A stretch of 64,000 nt of DNA from Eledone cirrhosa (taxonomy: Eukaryota), in assembly GCA_964016885.1 (NCBI GenBank), contig OZ024746.1, forward strand, positions 93,124,001 through 93,188,000. Reading direction: 5' to 3'. The notes beneath the pieces are model-generated. The model saw only the letters and a program-made list of their open reading frames with translations. It ran no database searches and had not been told where the DNA came from. Positions 48,654 to 62,131 of this stretch are shown piece after piece (the stretch's first letter is position 1; every line of letters begins with the position of its first letter). Made by a program: the position numbers and the translations under genes.

Positions 48654-50356
48654 GTAAGTAATAGTTCTTTGTATTTCTAATAAAAATCTCTTATTTATTA
48701 TTGTGTAGATGTATTTCTCATAGAATATATTGTTTTTATTAGTTTTAATAATATTCAAGAATTTGGAAGGATATATTATAAGTAACTTTTAAAATTATTA
48801 TTATACAATGTTTTGAACATAATTAAAAAGGTTCTTAGGCAGTGAATTGGCAGTCGTTAGAACGTTGGATAGAATGTTTTATGGTATTCATTTTGGCTCT
48901 CTGAGTTCAGATCCCACTTAGGTCAACTTTGTCTTTCATCCTTTCGAGGTAGATAAAAAGAAGTACCAGTTTAGTACTGGGGTCGATTTTTCCTCTATAT
49001 CTCTGTCTTGCTTCTATTCTTTCACTTTCTATCTTTCTCTGGAAGAAATCTGCTGTACTCAGGCCTGGAGAGGGATAGGCTCTTCCAGGTTTTATATGCC
49101 CAAGAAATTCTGTATGTCACTATGGTGCCTCTACGACTCCCTCGGGAGTTACGGGACCATACATACATAAAAAGGTTCTTAGATAAAATTATTGAACTAT
49201 TTTAATTTAGATATTATAATGACTTTAAAATGGGAAGTTTTGGGGAAGGGAACATGAGGGAATTTCATGTAGGTTGGTATCAAAAAGGTTAATAATAGCT
49301 ATGTTGTTCTTATTGACCAATACTATTGTACTAAAATGATTCGTTGAACTCAAATTTTGTATAATTTGATCTTTTTTCTCTGAATTCCTTCAAATTGTCA
49401 TGGCAACTGGCTTTCATTCTCTGACTAAACCATATAAAAAAATATTAGTTGGGCTGCTCTTCCATTGATGGATACCTCTGTTTATGAATTATGAAGGACT
49501 AAACAAATTACTTTATTTATAGCATTATGTCATTACATTTTGTGAAAGTTAAGCAGTATATCATTGTAACATTTCTCTAAGTATTATATATATAAGGTGT
49601 TGTAGTTTGCTTGAAGCATTGTGGAATATGAGATACAAATATGACTAGGAAATAAGTTTGGTTATTTGGAAGCCCTACAATGCATGTTTGGTAAATATGC
49701 CAAGGTAATAAGAAAGACTAAATAGAACACAGTGACCTGAAATAAAAGAGTGGGGATGATAGAAAGTTACCATAGCAATTTTATTTATTTATTCAAAATA
49801 AATTAAACAGCCACCCACGACAATTCTCAGGTTTCTCTCTGAGCCCCCCCCCCCCCACCCCCCCTTTATAGACTCCTCTTGATAATGGACGGAAAATTGT
49901 TTTTTCCAGAGGGAAGTCTGGAATCGTCGGAGCATAAGGAATGTAGAAATATGTAACTAAAATCCTAGTCATTTAGGGTACATAATTGTTATTAGTGTCA
50001 TAGGCATCATGTGGAGAGTCAGGTTAGTACTTAGTACTACCCTACATATTTATAGTTATATCAAACATTTATAAATATTCTTATTACTATATATATATAT
50101 ATATATATAAAAACAAACAAGAAGTCTAAGTCAACAGGTTAAAATTAACTTCATTTATTCATAGTAACTGTTATATATATTTTGGTGATAACTGTTATGT
50201 GACAGCTATGACTTCATTAGACATAGAATTTGAACAGAAAGAACAGAAAAACATGACAATGGAATAAAGCTTACTTCTGTTATGTCAATTTTTTGATATG
50301 TTACGTGCTGAATTTTGCCTTTGCTTTCTCAAGGTCTGTGTGTTTTATTTTTCCAG

Positions 50357-50465
50357 TTCTCAGTTACTATGGATCCATGTTCTTCTTGCCATAATCTACC
50401 TAATGATTGCAGTCTTCTTCATGCAACATTTCTCTCACAGTCTTCAATTTGAAGAAGATGATCAG
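50357..50465 (+). CDS. TMEM63: TMEM63 coding exon 7
   Basis: ttccag|SQLLWIHVLLAIIYLMIAVFFMQHFSHSLQFEEDDQ|gtaatt; LLWxH TM helix; phase 2 to 0. Confidence 0.95.
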
Positions 50466-50496
50466 GTAATTATTGATTAAATCATGATTCAAAGTA

Positions 50497-50697
50497 TATG
50501 TGGGTGGACTGAAAGGTTCATAGACTGACTATGAAGGAATGATGCTAGAGCTGTGAAATCTTGCCTGCATTAATTTCAACTCTCTGTATTAATAACTGCA
50601 TTGTTTCTTTCCAAAACTATGTTGAAAAATAAACCCCATTTGGTCATTCCATGAGAGTATCTTGGTCAGCTTATGAACTTTTCAGTCGACCCTCATA
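50497..50697. mobile_element. Mariner-type MITE (about 200 bp); second copy at 3392-3592
   Basis: TIR consensus tacgagggtcgactgaaaagttcata, TA ends, colinear interior in both copies. Confidence 0.8.
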
Positions 50698-51194
50698 TAA
50701 TATTATCATCATCCTTTAATACCCAGTTTCTCTGCTAGTAAAGGTTGGATGAGTGGTCACTGACAAAATCAGTACTTGTTGATGCTGATAATGGAAAACC
50801 ATCATCATCATTTAATGTCTATTTTCCATGCTAGCATGGATTAGATGAACTGTTTCACGGTGAGACAAGCCATGTCAGGTGACCACGTCTTGCTCACACA
50901 GAACTGATTTTGGCTTGGTTTCTACGGCTGGATGTCCTTCCTAATGCCAACCACATTTACAGTGTGGGCTGGGTGCTTTTTGTTGTGACTCTTACACGAA
51001 CACCTTGCAGTGTGTGCTGGGGGATTTTTGTCATGTCACCTACATGACAACTTTATCGGGTGAGCTGGGGAGTTGGGTGGGGGAGGTAAGAATGGGGGCA
51101 TGGATGAGGTGTTAGGACATGTATTTCTGCATAACGTCAGAGATTAAGTTACCGTGTCATCACCTTTGTTGATGATAATGCTGATGTTGAAAAT

Positions 51195-51595
51195 CATCAT
51201 CATCATCATCATCACCATTTTACGTCTGTTCTTCCACGCTAGCATGGGTTAGACGGCTTTTCCTGTTGTGGGCAGTGTCCGGTCAGCTGACCTTGTCTTG
51301 CTCATACGGGAACTGATTCTGGCTTGATTTCTACAGCTGGATGCCCTTCCTAACACCAATCTCATTTACAGTGAGTGCTGGGTGCTTTTTTTCTGTGGCA
51401 CCTCCATGACCACTTTGCAGTGGAATGATAGGGACCCCTGTCCCTATCATTCTCATTTCTACAGCTGAGTGAACTGGAGCAATGTGAAATAAAGTGTCTT
51501 GCTCAAGGAAACAACACATCACCCGGTTCGAGAATTGAACTCACAACCTTTCGATTGCAAGCCCAATGCTCTAACCACTAAGCCATGCGCCTTCC
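51195..51595 (-). mobile_element. Full-length CORE-type SINE with 29-bp target-site duplication
   Basis: TSD ttgttgatgataatgctgatgttgaaaat at 51166-51194 and 51598-51626. Older or partial copies lie near 12195, 20425, 21518, 26990(-), 43070, 43345 and 61230(-). Confidence 0.9.
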
Positions 51596-52519
51596 AATTG
51601 TTGATGATAATGCTGATGTTGAAAATGAGAGTAAATAAGCATTATTGAGTTATGTGCTTTTATGTTCTGAGTTCAAATCCTTCTAAATTTAATATTGGAG
51701 TTGATATAAGCTGACCCCTTCTCCAGATTTTATGATCACATGTCGGTGTTTGATATCATTAAAGCATTAACGTTATAATTTTACATCCATTTTTCTATGC
51801 TTGTGTAGATTGGTCTAACTTTATCCTGATTTCATCAGCCCTGAGTGTGTGAAAATACAATATTCTCCCATTAATGGGGCACTTGTCTGGCTATTGCTGG
51901 TATTCATTTCCAGCTAGGGATCAAGCTAGGCTTGGCCTGGCCCAATTGAGACCAGTGAACAGAAACACATGGAGTGGGATGTTAAGGTGCGCTCTCAGAC
52001 AGGACTGACCCCCCTACTTAGGGATTATGTCCTGCATAATAAAAAACTGGATGATGATGAACTAGAGTAGCATGAAATGAAGTGCCTTGCTCAAGGACAC
52101 AATGACTTTTTGGGCTTTAAACACTAAACCATGTGCCTTCATTATAATGCAATGCAATTTCTAATACTTTTACTAAATACAATAGAACAGTGCTAGAAGT
52201 AATTTAGAAAGACATTTGTTTATTATGTTATACAAAGACAGCTCTTTCATAGCTAAAGGTATTTTTGCCTCAAACCATTTATTTGAAAATATCTTAGTCC
52301 AGATGTCTTTTGTTTTACATTATACATCATTATTTTAACATATTATTCATGAAGTATAATTAAATATTTAATTAAATATTCTGTTATATAATTTTTTAAC
52401 TGTTCTGTTTTAGAACACTGTGCTCAAAAGGTTAAGTTGTTCACAATAATGAAAATAGTTTGATATGATAGCTACTTTGAGAACTAATTAGCAACTACTG
52501 GTTTGAACATTTTTATATT

Positions 52520-53410
52520 GTATTGTCACAATTCACAACCAATTCACCTATTTGGGCAGCATAATCTCTAATTAAGGCCTCACTGAGCTTGATGTAAACA
52601 GCAGAATTTGAAAGGCATCAGGAGTATTTCAGTGCAAGAGAAGCATTTGGTCATCACAAATAATCTCCACACCCATCAAACTGCAGCACTTCAATATAAT
52701 TACAACTGCTAGTAAACATAGAAAATTACTGCCAAAATTCTAAAGCTCCTCAAAATTTTCTAACAAAGATGCATAAGAAAAATCCTGAAAATCACTTATT
52801 GAGACCGGATTACTAATGTAGAGGTGCTGAAGAGAAGTAAACAGAAGCTACTGATTGACACCATCACTGGAAGGCACCTGAAACAGGCTGGACGTATTCT
52901 GCATACCGGAACCCCTCTGTGGCAATGAGATGGATCCTAGTCCATGGTAAGAGAAAAAAGGAAGACCCAAGAAAACCTGGCACTCAACTTTCAAAGAAGA
53001 TCTCCAGAGGATTGGACTGAACTGGGAAACTATGCAAGATGCCGCAGCTGGTGCCCATGTCTCACTACCATGCAGCATCATGCATCTCACACAGGCATCG
53101 TATAACTGGCCTTTCATTCATAGGGAGAAACCTGAAGCAGCTCCCTAAACTTCTTCCAGCCCGTCCTTATTCTAGATACTATGACCTTGGAGCACCCTCC
53201 TCTCTTGCTAATTTGATCACCTTGGTATCGGAAGCTATCAACCACCTCTATAGATCCTACCTGCATTTGGAAAATGTATCTATCACTGCGACTTCTACTG
53301 TCAAATTTCCCTGAACATCTACTGCATATGTAGTTTTCTCTACCTGATAGTTTGCCTGCTATCCCACTACATCTGTTGTGTACCCAAGATCTGCATTGTG
53401 TACATTCTAT
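52520..53410. mobile_element. Two abutting degraded RTE-type fragments (+ strand about 52520-53045; - strand about 53050-53410)
   Basis: + strand: FTYLGSIIS..., RKKGRPKKTWHSTFKEDL; - strand: MKGQLYDACVRCMMLHGSETW. Confidence 0.75.
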
Positions 53411-53659
53411 AGCATCATTAAATTAAAATCGGCAATTAATTTAAAATTGGAAATTATCGTGAACTGCCAACACACAAAAAAATATACATTCTCTGCCCTG
53501 GTATTTAGACATAAACTGCAGACCCCAATTTAGCCACCTGAACATGTACTTTGCACATCAACCACTCACATACACCACCAGCATCTTCTTAATAACCACA
53601 ATTATTGTCACTTTTATTATCAACTTTATCATCATTCTTATTACATCAGTTGTTAGTTT

Positions 53660-53955
53660 CCGGGACACTGCAACATTTTTTCACGCTCAGAGTTGCTGAA
53701 GCCTGGAACAAACTACCTGCATCAGTTGTTAGCTGCCGAGACACTGCATCCTTTACAACCTCCATGCTTCCTGAAATTCGCCAACACTACACCTGATATC
53801 CCCCTCCCCCTCCATACACACGCACACATGTAAATCATGATTCATACACTGTTCACTTTCCTGACATTTATACATTATTCTATGTACTATACATGCACCT
53901 TTGATAAGTTGTAGTGCACCTGAACACTGTACACAATAATTTCATTATTATTATT
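53660..53955 (+). mobile_element. CR1-type LINE 3' end
   Basis: HFFTLRVAEAWNKLPASVV..ASF C-terminal motif; 3'UTR ending (ATT)n is repeated at 42785-42856. Confidence 0.8.
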
Positions 53956-54214
53956 TTTGTTACTATTATCATTTCCCATTCTTAAAATTATTTACCCCTA
54001 TTATTTATCCCACCATATAATCTTGTAGGATATATCTCTGGACATATGTCCTTGTGTATATATACTTATGTGTGCATGTCAGTGAGTGCTTGATCCACAT
54101 CTATGTATGTTTGTCCATGGACATGCCGATGTGTATGTATGTGTGTGTGTTTGTGTGTATATGTGTGTGTTTGTGTATATACGTGTGTATGTATAAATAT
54201 GTGTGTATGTACAA

Positions 54215-54251
<37 letters not shown>

Positions 54252-54464
54252 ATCATTTATTATATTATCATTTATTTTGTTTGATCTGTTTAGCTTGATT
54301 TTTTTTTTTTTTGGCTTTCTTAACCACTTTTTCAGTTTGTATGGCGTTTTAACATATTGTTTAGCTCTAGTTTTTTAACTATTGAGCGCTTGCCAGCATT
54401 TCTACGATTTTGCGTTTCGTTTCGCTTTTTCTACCAGCCAAAATGCGATTCTCGATGAATTATA

Positions 54465-54483
54465 TTTATATATATATATATAG

Positions 54484-54520
<37 letters not shown>

Positions 54521-55618
54521 GCTAGGTGTGTGTGTGTGTGTGTATGTATAGCTAGGTGTGTGTGTGTGTGTGTATATATAGCTAGGTGTGTGTGTGTGTA
54601 TGTATATATAGCTAGGTGTGTGTGTGTATATATATATATATAGCTAGTTATGTGTGTATATGTAGGCACGTATGTGTGTGTGTTCAATGGCATGCCTCTG
54701 TATAGGTATGTGTGTGTGTGTGTGTGTGTATTTTAGTAGACGTCTACGTAGTTAGCTGCATGTATGTACATATGGATATATATTATCAGTGTACTAATCC
54801 ATTTACTTATCTATATATTTATTTATTATTATTTTCTTACTTGCCTAAATTTTAAATACCCCAAACCCCCTTTTTTTTTATATACTACCTACCTCCTCAT
54901 AAACACTAAACTTCCTTTCCTTTTTTATTTTCCTTTTCATTCTTATTGTATTCTTATCTTTAATTTATTTTAATTTATTTTAATTTATTTTTACTTCTAT
55001 TTTCCATTTCTATCTTTCTCTTTTTTCTTTGTACTACAGTATCTGACCAACACAAACCCCACTTCCCTCTGTTTCACCATCACATCCTTTCATCTCCCAC
55101 CCCATATCACTTCTACTCATCTCTACAATCTCACCCAGCACCCTCACATCACCACATAAATGCCAAAATGTCTACTAACCAGCCAAACCACCACACCTTC
55201 ACCACCTCCACCAAGCGATGATCCCCTCCCACCATCTCTCTGTCACCATCTCTTCATTATAACTCTTCCCCTCACCTATTACACATACCCAAACATTCCT
55301 TCTCACAAAACCACCAATCAAAACCAACTAAAACTGACCCCCATTAATGAATGTGACTCATTATATACTGTTTCAAAGCCCCAAGAGGTTCATTCTGTCA
55401 TTACCACAACAGAAGTCCGAGCTTTTGATTCCAGAGTCGGGCCAGATTGATACAGATCGAACCCTGAGCTGATCAATTGCAAAACACGTGTCACACCTCG
55501 AGTAATGTAGACCTAACACTTCATGCTTTTTTTTTTTATCATTAGTATATATATATATATATAGTATCTCTCATTATATATATATAGTATATATATAGTA
55601 TCACTCATTATATATATA

Positions 55619-55652
<34 letters not shown>

Positions 55653-55767
55653 TCTCTCATTATATATATAGTGTATATATATATAGTATCTCTCATTATA
55701 TATATAGTGTATATATATATATAGTATCTCTCATTATATATATAGTGTATATATATATATATATATG
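54465..55767. repeat. Microsatellite-derived arrays: (tatagctaggtgtgtg..) at 54478-54650 and (tatagtatctctcattatatatatagtg..) at 55545-55767
   Basis: Directly visible. Confidence 0.85.
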
Positions 55768-56041
55768 AATTGCAGTGACAATGTTGGTAAAGTGTATAGG
55801 TCTTTGTGCTCTCCTTTGAACATCAGTGACACAGAGAGAGGAAACTGGTATGCATGGGTGACTGCTGGCCGTCTTAAAAATATCTTGCCCAGTTTTGTGA
55901 CTTAAAGAGTAACTTTCTAGATGAAAATCCATGGTCAGTCATCACTGAAGGTGACCTTATCTATATTTTCTCTTTTCTATACATTTTCAGCATCACTTGT
56001 TTCTCTTTCATTCATAAATGTTTTTCTAATTTTTTCACTAG

Positions 56042-56115
56042 GTTTCCAAGACTTTGATGATATCTAATATTCCAAAAGATAAATGTTTCAAAAGCATTGT
56101 ATTACAACATTTTCA
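56042..56115 (+). CDS. TMEM63: TMEM63 coding exon 8
   Basis: actag|VSKTLMISNIPKDKCFKSIVLQHF|gtgagt; start of the cytosolic domain (TLxIxxIP); phase 0 to 2. Confidence 0.95.
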
Positions 56116-56560
56116 GTGAGTATAATTATTGTTAGTATTATTAGCAGGATCTGTAGGATGTCTGGCAAAATGCTTTCTGGTATTTAGTTACAACCTTTTC
56201 CTCCTCCTGAGAGGGTCATAGGTGCAGAGTCCTCAAGCATACCTTCTAGTGGGCCCTATCAGAAGCAACTATCTCCAATTGATCCAGTTAAATCTAAATC
56301 CCACCAAAGTTAACTTTGCCTTTCATACTTAAAGTACCAGTCCAGAACTGGGGCCAGTTTTATCAACTCTTCCCTTCTCTTCAAATTGGTGACCTTGTGC
56401 CAAATGTAGAAACAATTATTACTAGAAAACTTTCCAAACAAAAAGTCGAGAGGACTCTTCAATTCTGTCATAGACATGACAACCTCCTACAATGAAATAT
56501 AAACCCACATGTTCCTCTTTGTTGTATATCAATACTGTACCTGTTATATTTTATTTCTAG

Positions 56561-56641
56561 AGAGTCATATGAAGATATCACAATTCTTGACATTCAGTTT
56601 GCCTATGACATCACAAAACTTGTTAAATTGGACACCAGTCG
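56561..56641 (+). CDS. TMEM63: TMEM63 coding exon 9
   Basis: ttctag|(Q)ESYEDITILDIQFAYDITKLVKLDTS(R)|gtaagt; phase 2 to 2. Confidence 0.93.
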
Positions 56642-56699
56642 GTAAGTTGTCAACAATTTAGAGTTACTGTCAGTTCAGTACTTTTACTAGCTTGTTCAT

Positions 56700-57325
56700 T
56701 TTGTTGTTACAGTGGTCATTGGTGTTGCTGTTGTTATTACAGTGGTCATTGGTGTTGCTGTTGTTGTTACAGTGGTCATTGGTGTTACTGTTGTTATTAC
56801 AGTGGTCATTGGTGTTGCTGTTGTTGTTACAGTGGTCATTGGTGTTGCTGTTGTTGTTACAGTGGTCATTGGTGTTACTGTTGTTATTACAGTGGTCATT
56901 GGTGTTGCTGTTGTTGTTACAGTGGTCATTGGTGTTGCTGTTGTTGTTACAGTGGTCATTGGTGTTACTGTTGTTATTACAGTGGTCATTGGTGTTGCTG
57001 TTGTTGTTACAGTGGTCATTGGTGTTGCTGTTGTTGTTACAGTGGTCATTGGTGTTGCTGTTGTTGTTACAGTGGTCATTGGTGTTGCTGTTGTTGTTAC
57101 AGTGGTCATTGGTGTTGCTGTTGTTGTTACAGTGGTCATTGGTGTTGCTGTTGTTACAGTGGTCATTGGTGTTGCTGTTGTTGTTACAGTGGTCATTGGT
57201 GTTGCTGTTGTTGTTACAGTGGTCATTGGTGTTGCTGTTGTTGTTACAGTGGTCATTGATGTTGCTGTTGTTGTTACAGTGGTCATTGATGTTGCTGTTA
57301 CAGTGGTCATTGATGTTGCTGTTGT
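56700..57325. repeat. 30-bp minisatellite (ttgttgttacagtggtcattggtgttgctg), about 20 copies
   Basis: Directly visible; begins about 60 bp after exon 9. Confidence 0.96.
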
Positions 57326-57669
57326 CATTGTTGTTGCTGCCCTTACTGTTGTTACTGTTATTGTTTTTCCTACTGTTGCTGCTGCTGCTAAACTCAAGTG
57401 AACTCCCAATGAACAGATCTATAATCAAACACCTGTCAATCTCCAGTCTCGTATTTGTTTATTCAGACATAGTGTATTTAGGACTACATTATCTAATGTG
57501 ACCTACCCTTTTTTTAAAGACGGTAGTATAGGATTTGAGAAGATTTAGCTGTTGTTTTTAACACATCAAATGACTGTTTAGAGGCTCCTTCATTGGCATT
57601 TATACTGATTATCAGTATATTACAGTGGTGTTGAGTCCTGAGTACTACTCATCAGTATATTACAGGAAA

Positions 57670-58575
57670 ACTTCTTCGACCACTTATTCCTGGGAGAGTC
57701 ATGGGGCCAGAGTACTCAAACACTCCTTCCAGTGGGTCCTGTCAGAAGCAACTGTCTCTGATTGATCTAGCTGGATCCCCAAGCGAGACCAGCCAAGCTC
57801 ATGGATGTTATCCAACCATCTTGCTCAGGGTCTACCCCTGGGTCTCCTGCTGGTTGGTTTTGCCCCATAAAATCTCGCCAGCAATTCTTTCCTGAAGCAG
57901 TCTAACCACTTGCTTGAATTATTGGAGCTGTGATCTCTCAATTTGGTGAAGTAGTGGCTCTACCTGGAGCAACTGTCTGATCTCCAAGCTATGCACTCTA
58001 TTGAGTAACATTACTCCAAAGACCCTTTAGAAGAATCCCATTTCAGCCACTTGTAATCATATTCTTTCGGTCATTACCCAAGATTCCTGACTATAATTAA
58101 GGCATGGATACCAAATTGAAAGTAGCAATTTTGGCTTTTTCACCTACCTCCCTTTTTCTGATTACCGAACGCTGAAGCTGGTGCATTGCTGCACCAGCTC
58201 TTACAATACTTACACTTAATCATTTAGCATTTAAACCGGCTGTATCCGCCCGGAATTCTCGCATCTCTTTCTGTTCAAAACAGTTGTAAACAGCCACTCA
58301 TACCAACATTAAGGTATTGTTCTCAAAATAAATAATATCAAAATCTCAGATTCGATATTATGTGAGATAAAGCCTTTACCATGAAAATACAATAGTATAT
58401 ATGGAGTAATGTAAATGCTAAAGGGTTAATTCAGCCTCCTGGCTACCATCACTTGAAATACTTGAACTTCTCCACCTACTTCAGTGGAACTTGACTGTGC
58501 AGGCTTCCTTGAGAAGTGCACTTTGCAGCCTTAGTTTTCATTCCAGTCATTCTGTACTCAGCATCAGACCTATCA
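57670..58575 (-). mobile_element. Degraded LINE of a second RTE-like family; related copies at about 17830-18240 (+), 23820-24300 (-) and 56205-56285 (-)
   Basis: Shared sequence (caagctcatggatgttatccaaccatct, aatcccatttcagc, ggtcattacccaagattc = ESWVMT); interrupted by a MITE at about 58218-58429. Confidence 0.75.
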
Positions 58576-59889
58576 TTAATTTTTAGTTTTCCTGTAAAAA
58601 ACGTTTTGATAGGTTTTTTTTTTTTTTGCTTTTTGTTTTTTTTTTTACAGGAAAACTAAAAATTAAAATCCTAGAAGCAAATAGTTGAGGATTCTTTTTT
58701 TTTTTTTTTTTGAGGATTCTTTTTTTTTTTTTGTTGGTTTGGTCTGTGAGGCTGACATGGTTAACATTACATGTCAACAGCTGCATAGAGGGAATTCCAG
58801 GGGGATGGTGTTTTGAGGAGGAAAAACTAGAAGAATTGTTTAGTGCAATGTCATTTACTATGACTAAGATAATTCTGTATAATGCTTTTTTATGTGGTTA
58901 TTTTTTACTAAGAGTTTAGTTTTGTTGAATGGACTCAACCTTCCTTAGGACACATGAAGGAAATGACAATGCCTCGTCCATCAACTCACTCACACTCACT
59001 CTCTCTGGAATATTTGGTCTTAACTTACACCCCTTTTTTTAATGCATTTGGTTGTCATTTGCACATCAAAAATTAGCTACAATCTTTTGAATACATTTAG
59101 AATATTCTAGAAGTTTTGGGTCAGGTGACAGCAGATTACAAAATTAGACAGGAATCTTAGACTAGCAAAAAAAATCTGCATTTTTCTCCTTAGGGATTTG
59201 TATCTTGGCAAGCTTTTCCTGCCAATAATTTTTTGTGTAACAGATTCTTTGCTACACACAAAATATTTGCACATCATTTTCATCAAAAGAATCTTACTTT
59301 CACAAAGATATTTATTATTTAGCATTTACATTACTCTATATTTTCTATTATATTTTCATGGTAAAGTCTTTACCTCACATAATTATCTGACATAATATCG
59401 AGTCTGTAAGATTTGATATTACTTATTTTGAGAACAATACCTAAACATCAATATGAGCAGCCAGCTACAGCCAGTTTGAAAAGAAAGAGGTGAGAGAATT
59501 CTGGCTGGATAGGACCGGTTTAAATGCTAAAGGGTTAATACTTAAGCCAAAAGCATTGCATACACCACGTTAATTGATATTATTTTTCAAATCCCGCCGA
59601 GGTTGACTTTGCCTTTCATCCTTATGGGTCGATGAAATAAAGTACCAGTAACGCACTGGGTAATTGCTGGCCTTGTGCCTAAAGTAGAAACAATTATTTT
59701 TCCTACGAAGCAATGTTATGTTAATTTTACATAGTGTTAATAAAAGGAAATATTTATTTGGGCATAGTTTCCCTTGCTTGTTATTTAACAGACTGCATTT
59801 TAATCCTTCTAATTTTACCATCAAACACATATTTATTTGCTACAAATTAGTGACTTGTAGTCATTTTATTGGTACAAGTTGGTTTACCT

Positions 59890-60184
59890 CAGAGGTTCTC
59901 AAACTTTCCCTCATTCCTCACCACCTCACCCCTATTTCCAGAGAGACCTGCCTACATGCAAATTTAAATATTATATAGTAAATAAAATTGTTAATTTATA
60001 TATAATATATACTATGTATAAATCAATATTGTATATTTTTTATTTTACTATATTCATATATAATATATATCATTTGATATGTAATATACTATTATATCAT
60101 CTCTACAATCCCTTAAGGCCCCAGCACCCCTCTGGACCTTCTCAACACTTCCAGGGACAGTAGTGCCCACTTTAAGAACCTCTG
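59890..60184. mobile_element. hAT (Charlie-like) MITE 85 bp upstream of exon 10
   Basis: TIR cagaggttctcaaa / tttaagaacctctg; TSD gtttacct / gtttacca (7 of 8). Confidence 0.82.
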
Positions 60185-60269
60185 GTTTACCATCTTGGAT
60201 ATGTTAGTTTTTGGGGGTTTTTTTTAGAGAAAATTACTAGTCTTAATACTTGACTTTGGTATATTGCAG

Positions 60270-60396
60270 GAGAAGAGCACTTGAAGCTAAGGTAAATTCA
60301 GAAAATGAGTTCCACAAAATGGGTCAAAGACCAACTCTTCGTCCATATTATTGTGGTCAGTTTTGCTGTTGCTGTAATAGATGTGGATGTCAAAAG
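60270..60396 (+). CDS. TMEM63: TMEM63 coding exon 10 (Cys-rich loop)
   Basis: ttgcag|RRALEAKVNSENEFHKMGQRPTLRPYYCGQFCCCCNRCGCQK|gtgatt; phase 2 to 0. Confidence 0.93.
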
Positions 60397-61964
60397 GTGA
60401 TTAGTAGTTATTTTTCTTATTCATATTTATTTCTAATTCGAAAATTTTGCCCATCAAAGCAAGCTGATAGCCAATGAGATTTATGTGAAGCATGGTTACT
60501 GTTAGTTGAAAACAATCTACCAGTACAAGCATTGCAACACTAAAAGTAAATGGGGTGAGAGACTTGAGGCTACAGTGTTTGGTGATTGAACAGAGACAAT
60601 ATAGGGTCTGGGAGGTTTCTTCAATCTTGATGATAATGTGACAACCTCTCTAGTGCTGGTCCTATGATAAAATGTGCCCAGTTCACATTTTAAAGTGTTA
60701 GTGTTGGGGTCACGATAAGATACACCCAGTTCATTCTGTAAAGTGGTAGTGTTGGTGCCATGAAAAATGCACCTAGTACACATTGTAGGGTTGTAAGAAA
60801 GGGCATCCTGCTGTAGAAATCATATCAAATATGGAACATATGAGCAAGACATGATCACCTGACGGGTTTAGTTTCAAAACATGACAACCTGTTCAATCCA
60901 TGCCAGCATGGAGAGTGGATGTATAAACAATGATGATGATTTTCACTATAAAAGCACTCTGTTGCTTTTTATAGATAAAGGGCTCTTGAAGAGCAGCAGT
61001 TCCTAAGCTGTGATCCATGAATGCCTAAGGGTCTGCAAAGGCAGTAAAGGAGTCCATGACCTTGGGTTTCAATTAACTTTTAGAAAATAATCAAATTGTT
61101 AAAGGGATTTAATAAAATAACTAAATTCTCCATTATTAACCTGATGTTTGGAAGATTATTTGACAAAAGGTTCTCCCATAAAATTAAGATGGAGTGATTC
61201 TATACAAATTTGAACACTTTCAAAGGATTTGCAATTCCGAGGTTGCGAGTTCAATATTCAGAGCAGGTGATGCACTATATCCTTGAGCAGGGCACTTTAT
61301 TTCACATTGCTCTTTCTGCCAGGAGTTGCAACTAGTAGATAGTGTCAGCAATGGAACGACCAATGGAAACATTGTTTCCTTGATCTGATTTGACAAGGTC
61401 CACCCCACTCGGCAAGCAAATGAGATCTGGGGATCTTGTCAATCGCTTAAAGAAGAAAAGGGATAATATAATTTTTGATTATTTTCAAAATTATATGAAA
61501 TTTATAAACTGTATTTTATAGGGTTAAAGAAGGGTTAAAATGTCAATTGACTTATAGCTTGGCAAGAGTTGGCAGCCATTAATCTAACTTATCCAAGATT
61601 CTTAGATTTTCTTTTATTAATCAGAGGATTAGGGTAGGTCCTCCAAGACTGGTATCGTCAAAAGGGTTCATTTTGAACTTCTGTATATCTTGCCTGTAGG
61701 AAAAACATGAACAGGGAGGGGATTCAAGAGGATTGTAATTCTACTGAAAAATAATTTGGTGAATGTTCATTGCCAGATCTGGTTGTGTGCTGATGTTATT
61801 GTAAGAGATGAAGTTGATGTTGAAGACTGTTCTGTGATGGGGTATCTCTAATGATAGTAATACAGACCTGGTTCTGTGATGGCGTGTTGCTAGAAGTAAT
61901 ACAGACCTGGTTGTGTGCAAGAGACAAAGTTGGTATTGAAGGATGTTTTGTAATGGGGTGTCTC

Positions 61965-62131
61965 CAGAGGCATAACTAGGGGAAATAGTGCCTATGGCAA
62001 GCAGTGGAATTGCACCTCTGTCCTGCAGTTTTATTTTACTTTAATAGAATGTGCTCCTAACTCAAGTGGCACCCCCTTCATGTGGTGCCCATGGCATGTG
62101 ACATGCTTGCCATACCCTAGTTACATCTCTG
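61965..62131. mobile_element. hAT-like MITE; longer relative at 20726-21019
   Basis: TIR cagaggcataactagg / cctagttacatctctg; exact 8-bp TSD ggtgtctc. Confidence 0.85.

Noticed and set aside
52414-52430. Possible microexon ttttag|aacactgtgctcaaaag|gttaag
   Set aside because: 17 nt would frameshift between exons 7 and 8, the donor is non-consensus, and exons 7 and 8 already join in frame.
56670-57501. Mucin-like, Asn-rich and Leu-rich ORFs
   Set aside because: A 30-bp minisatellite open on both strands.
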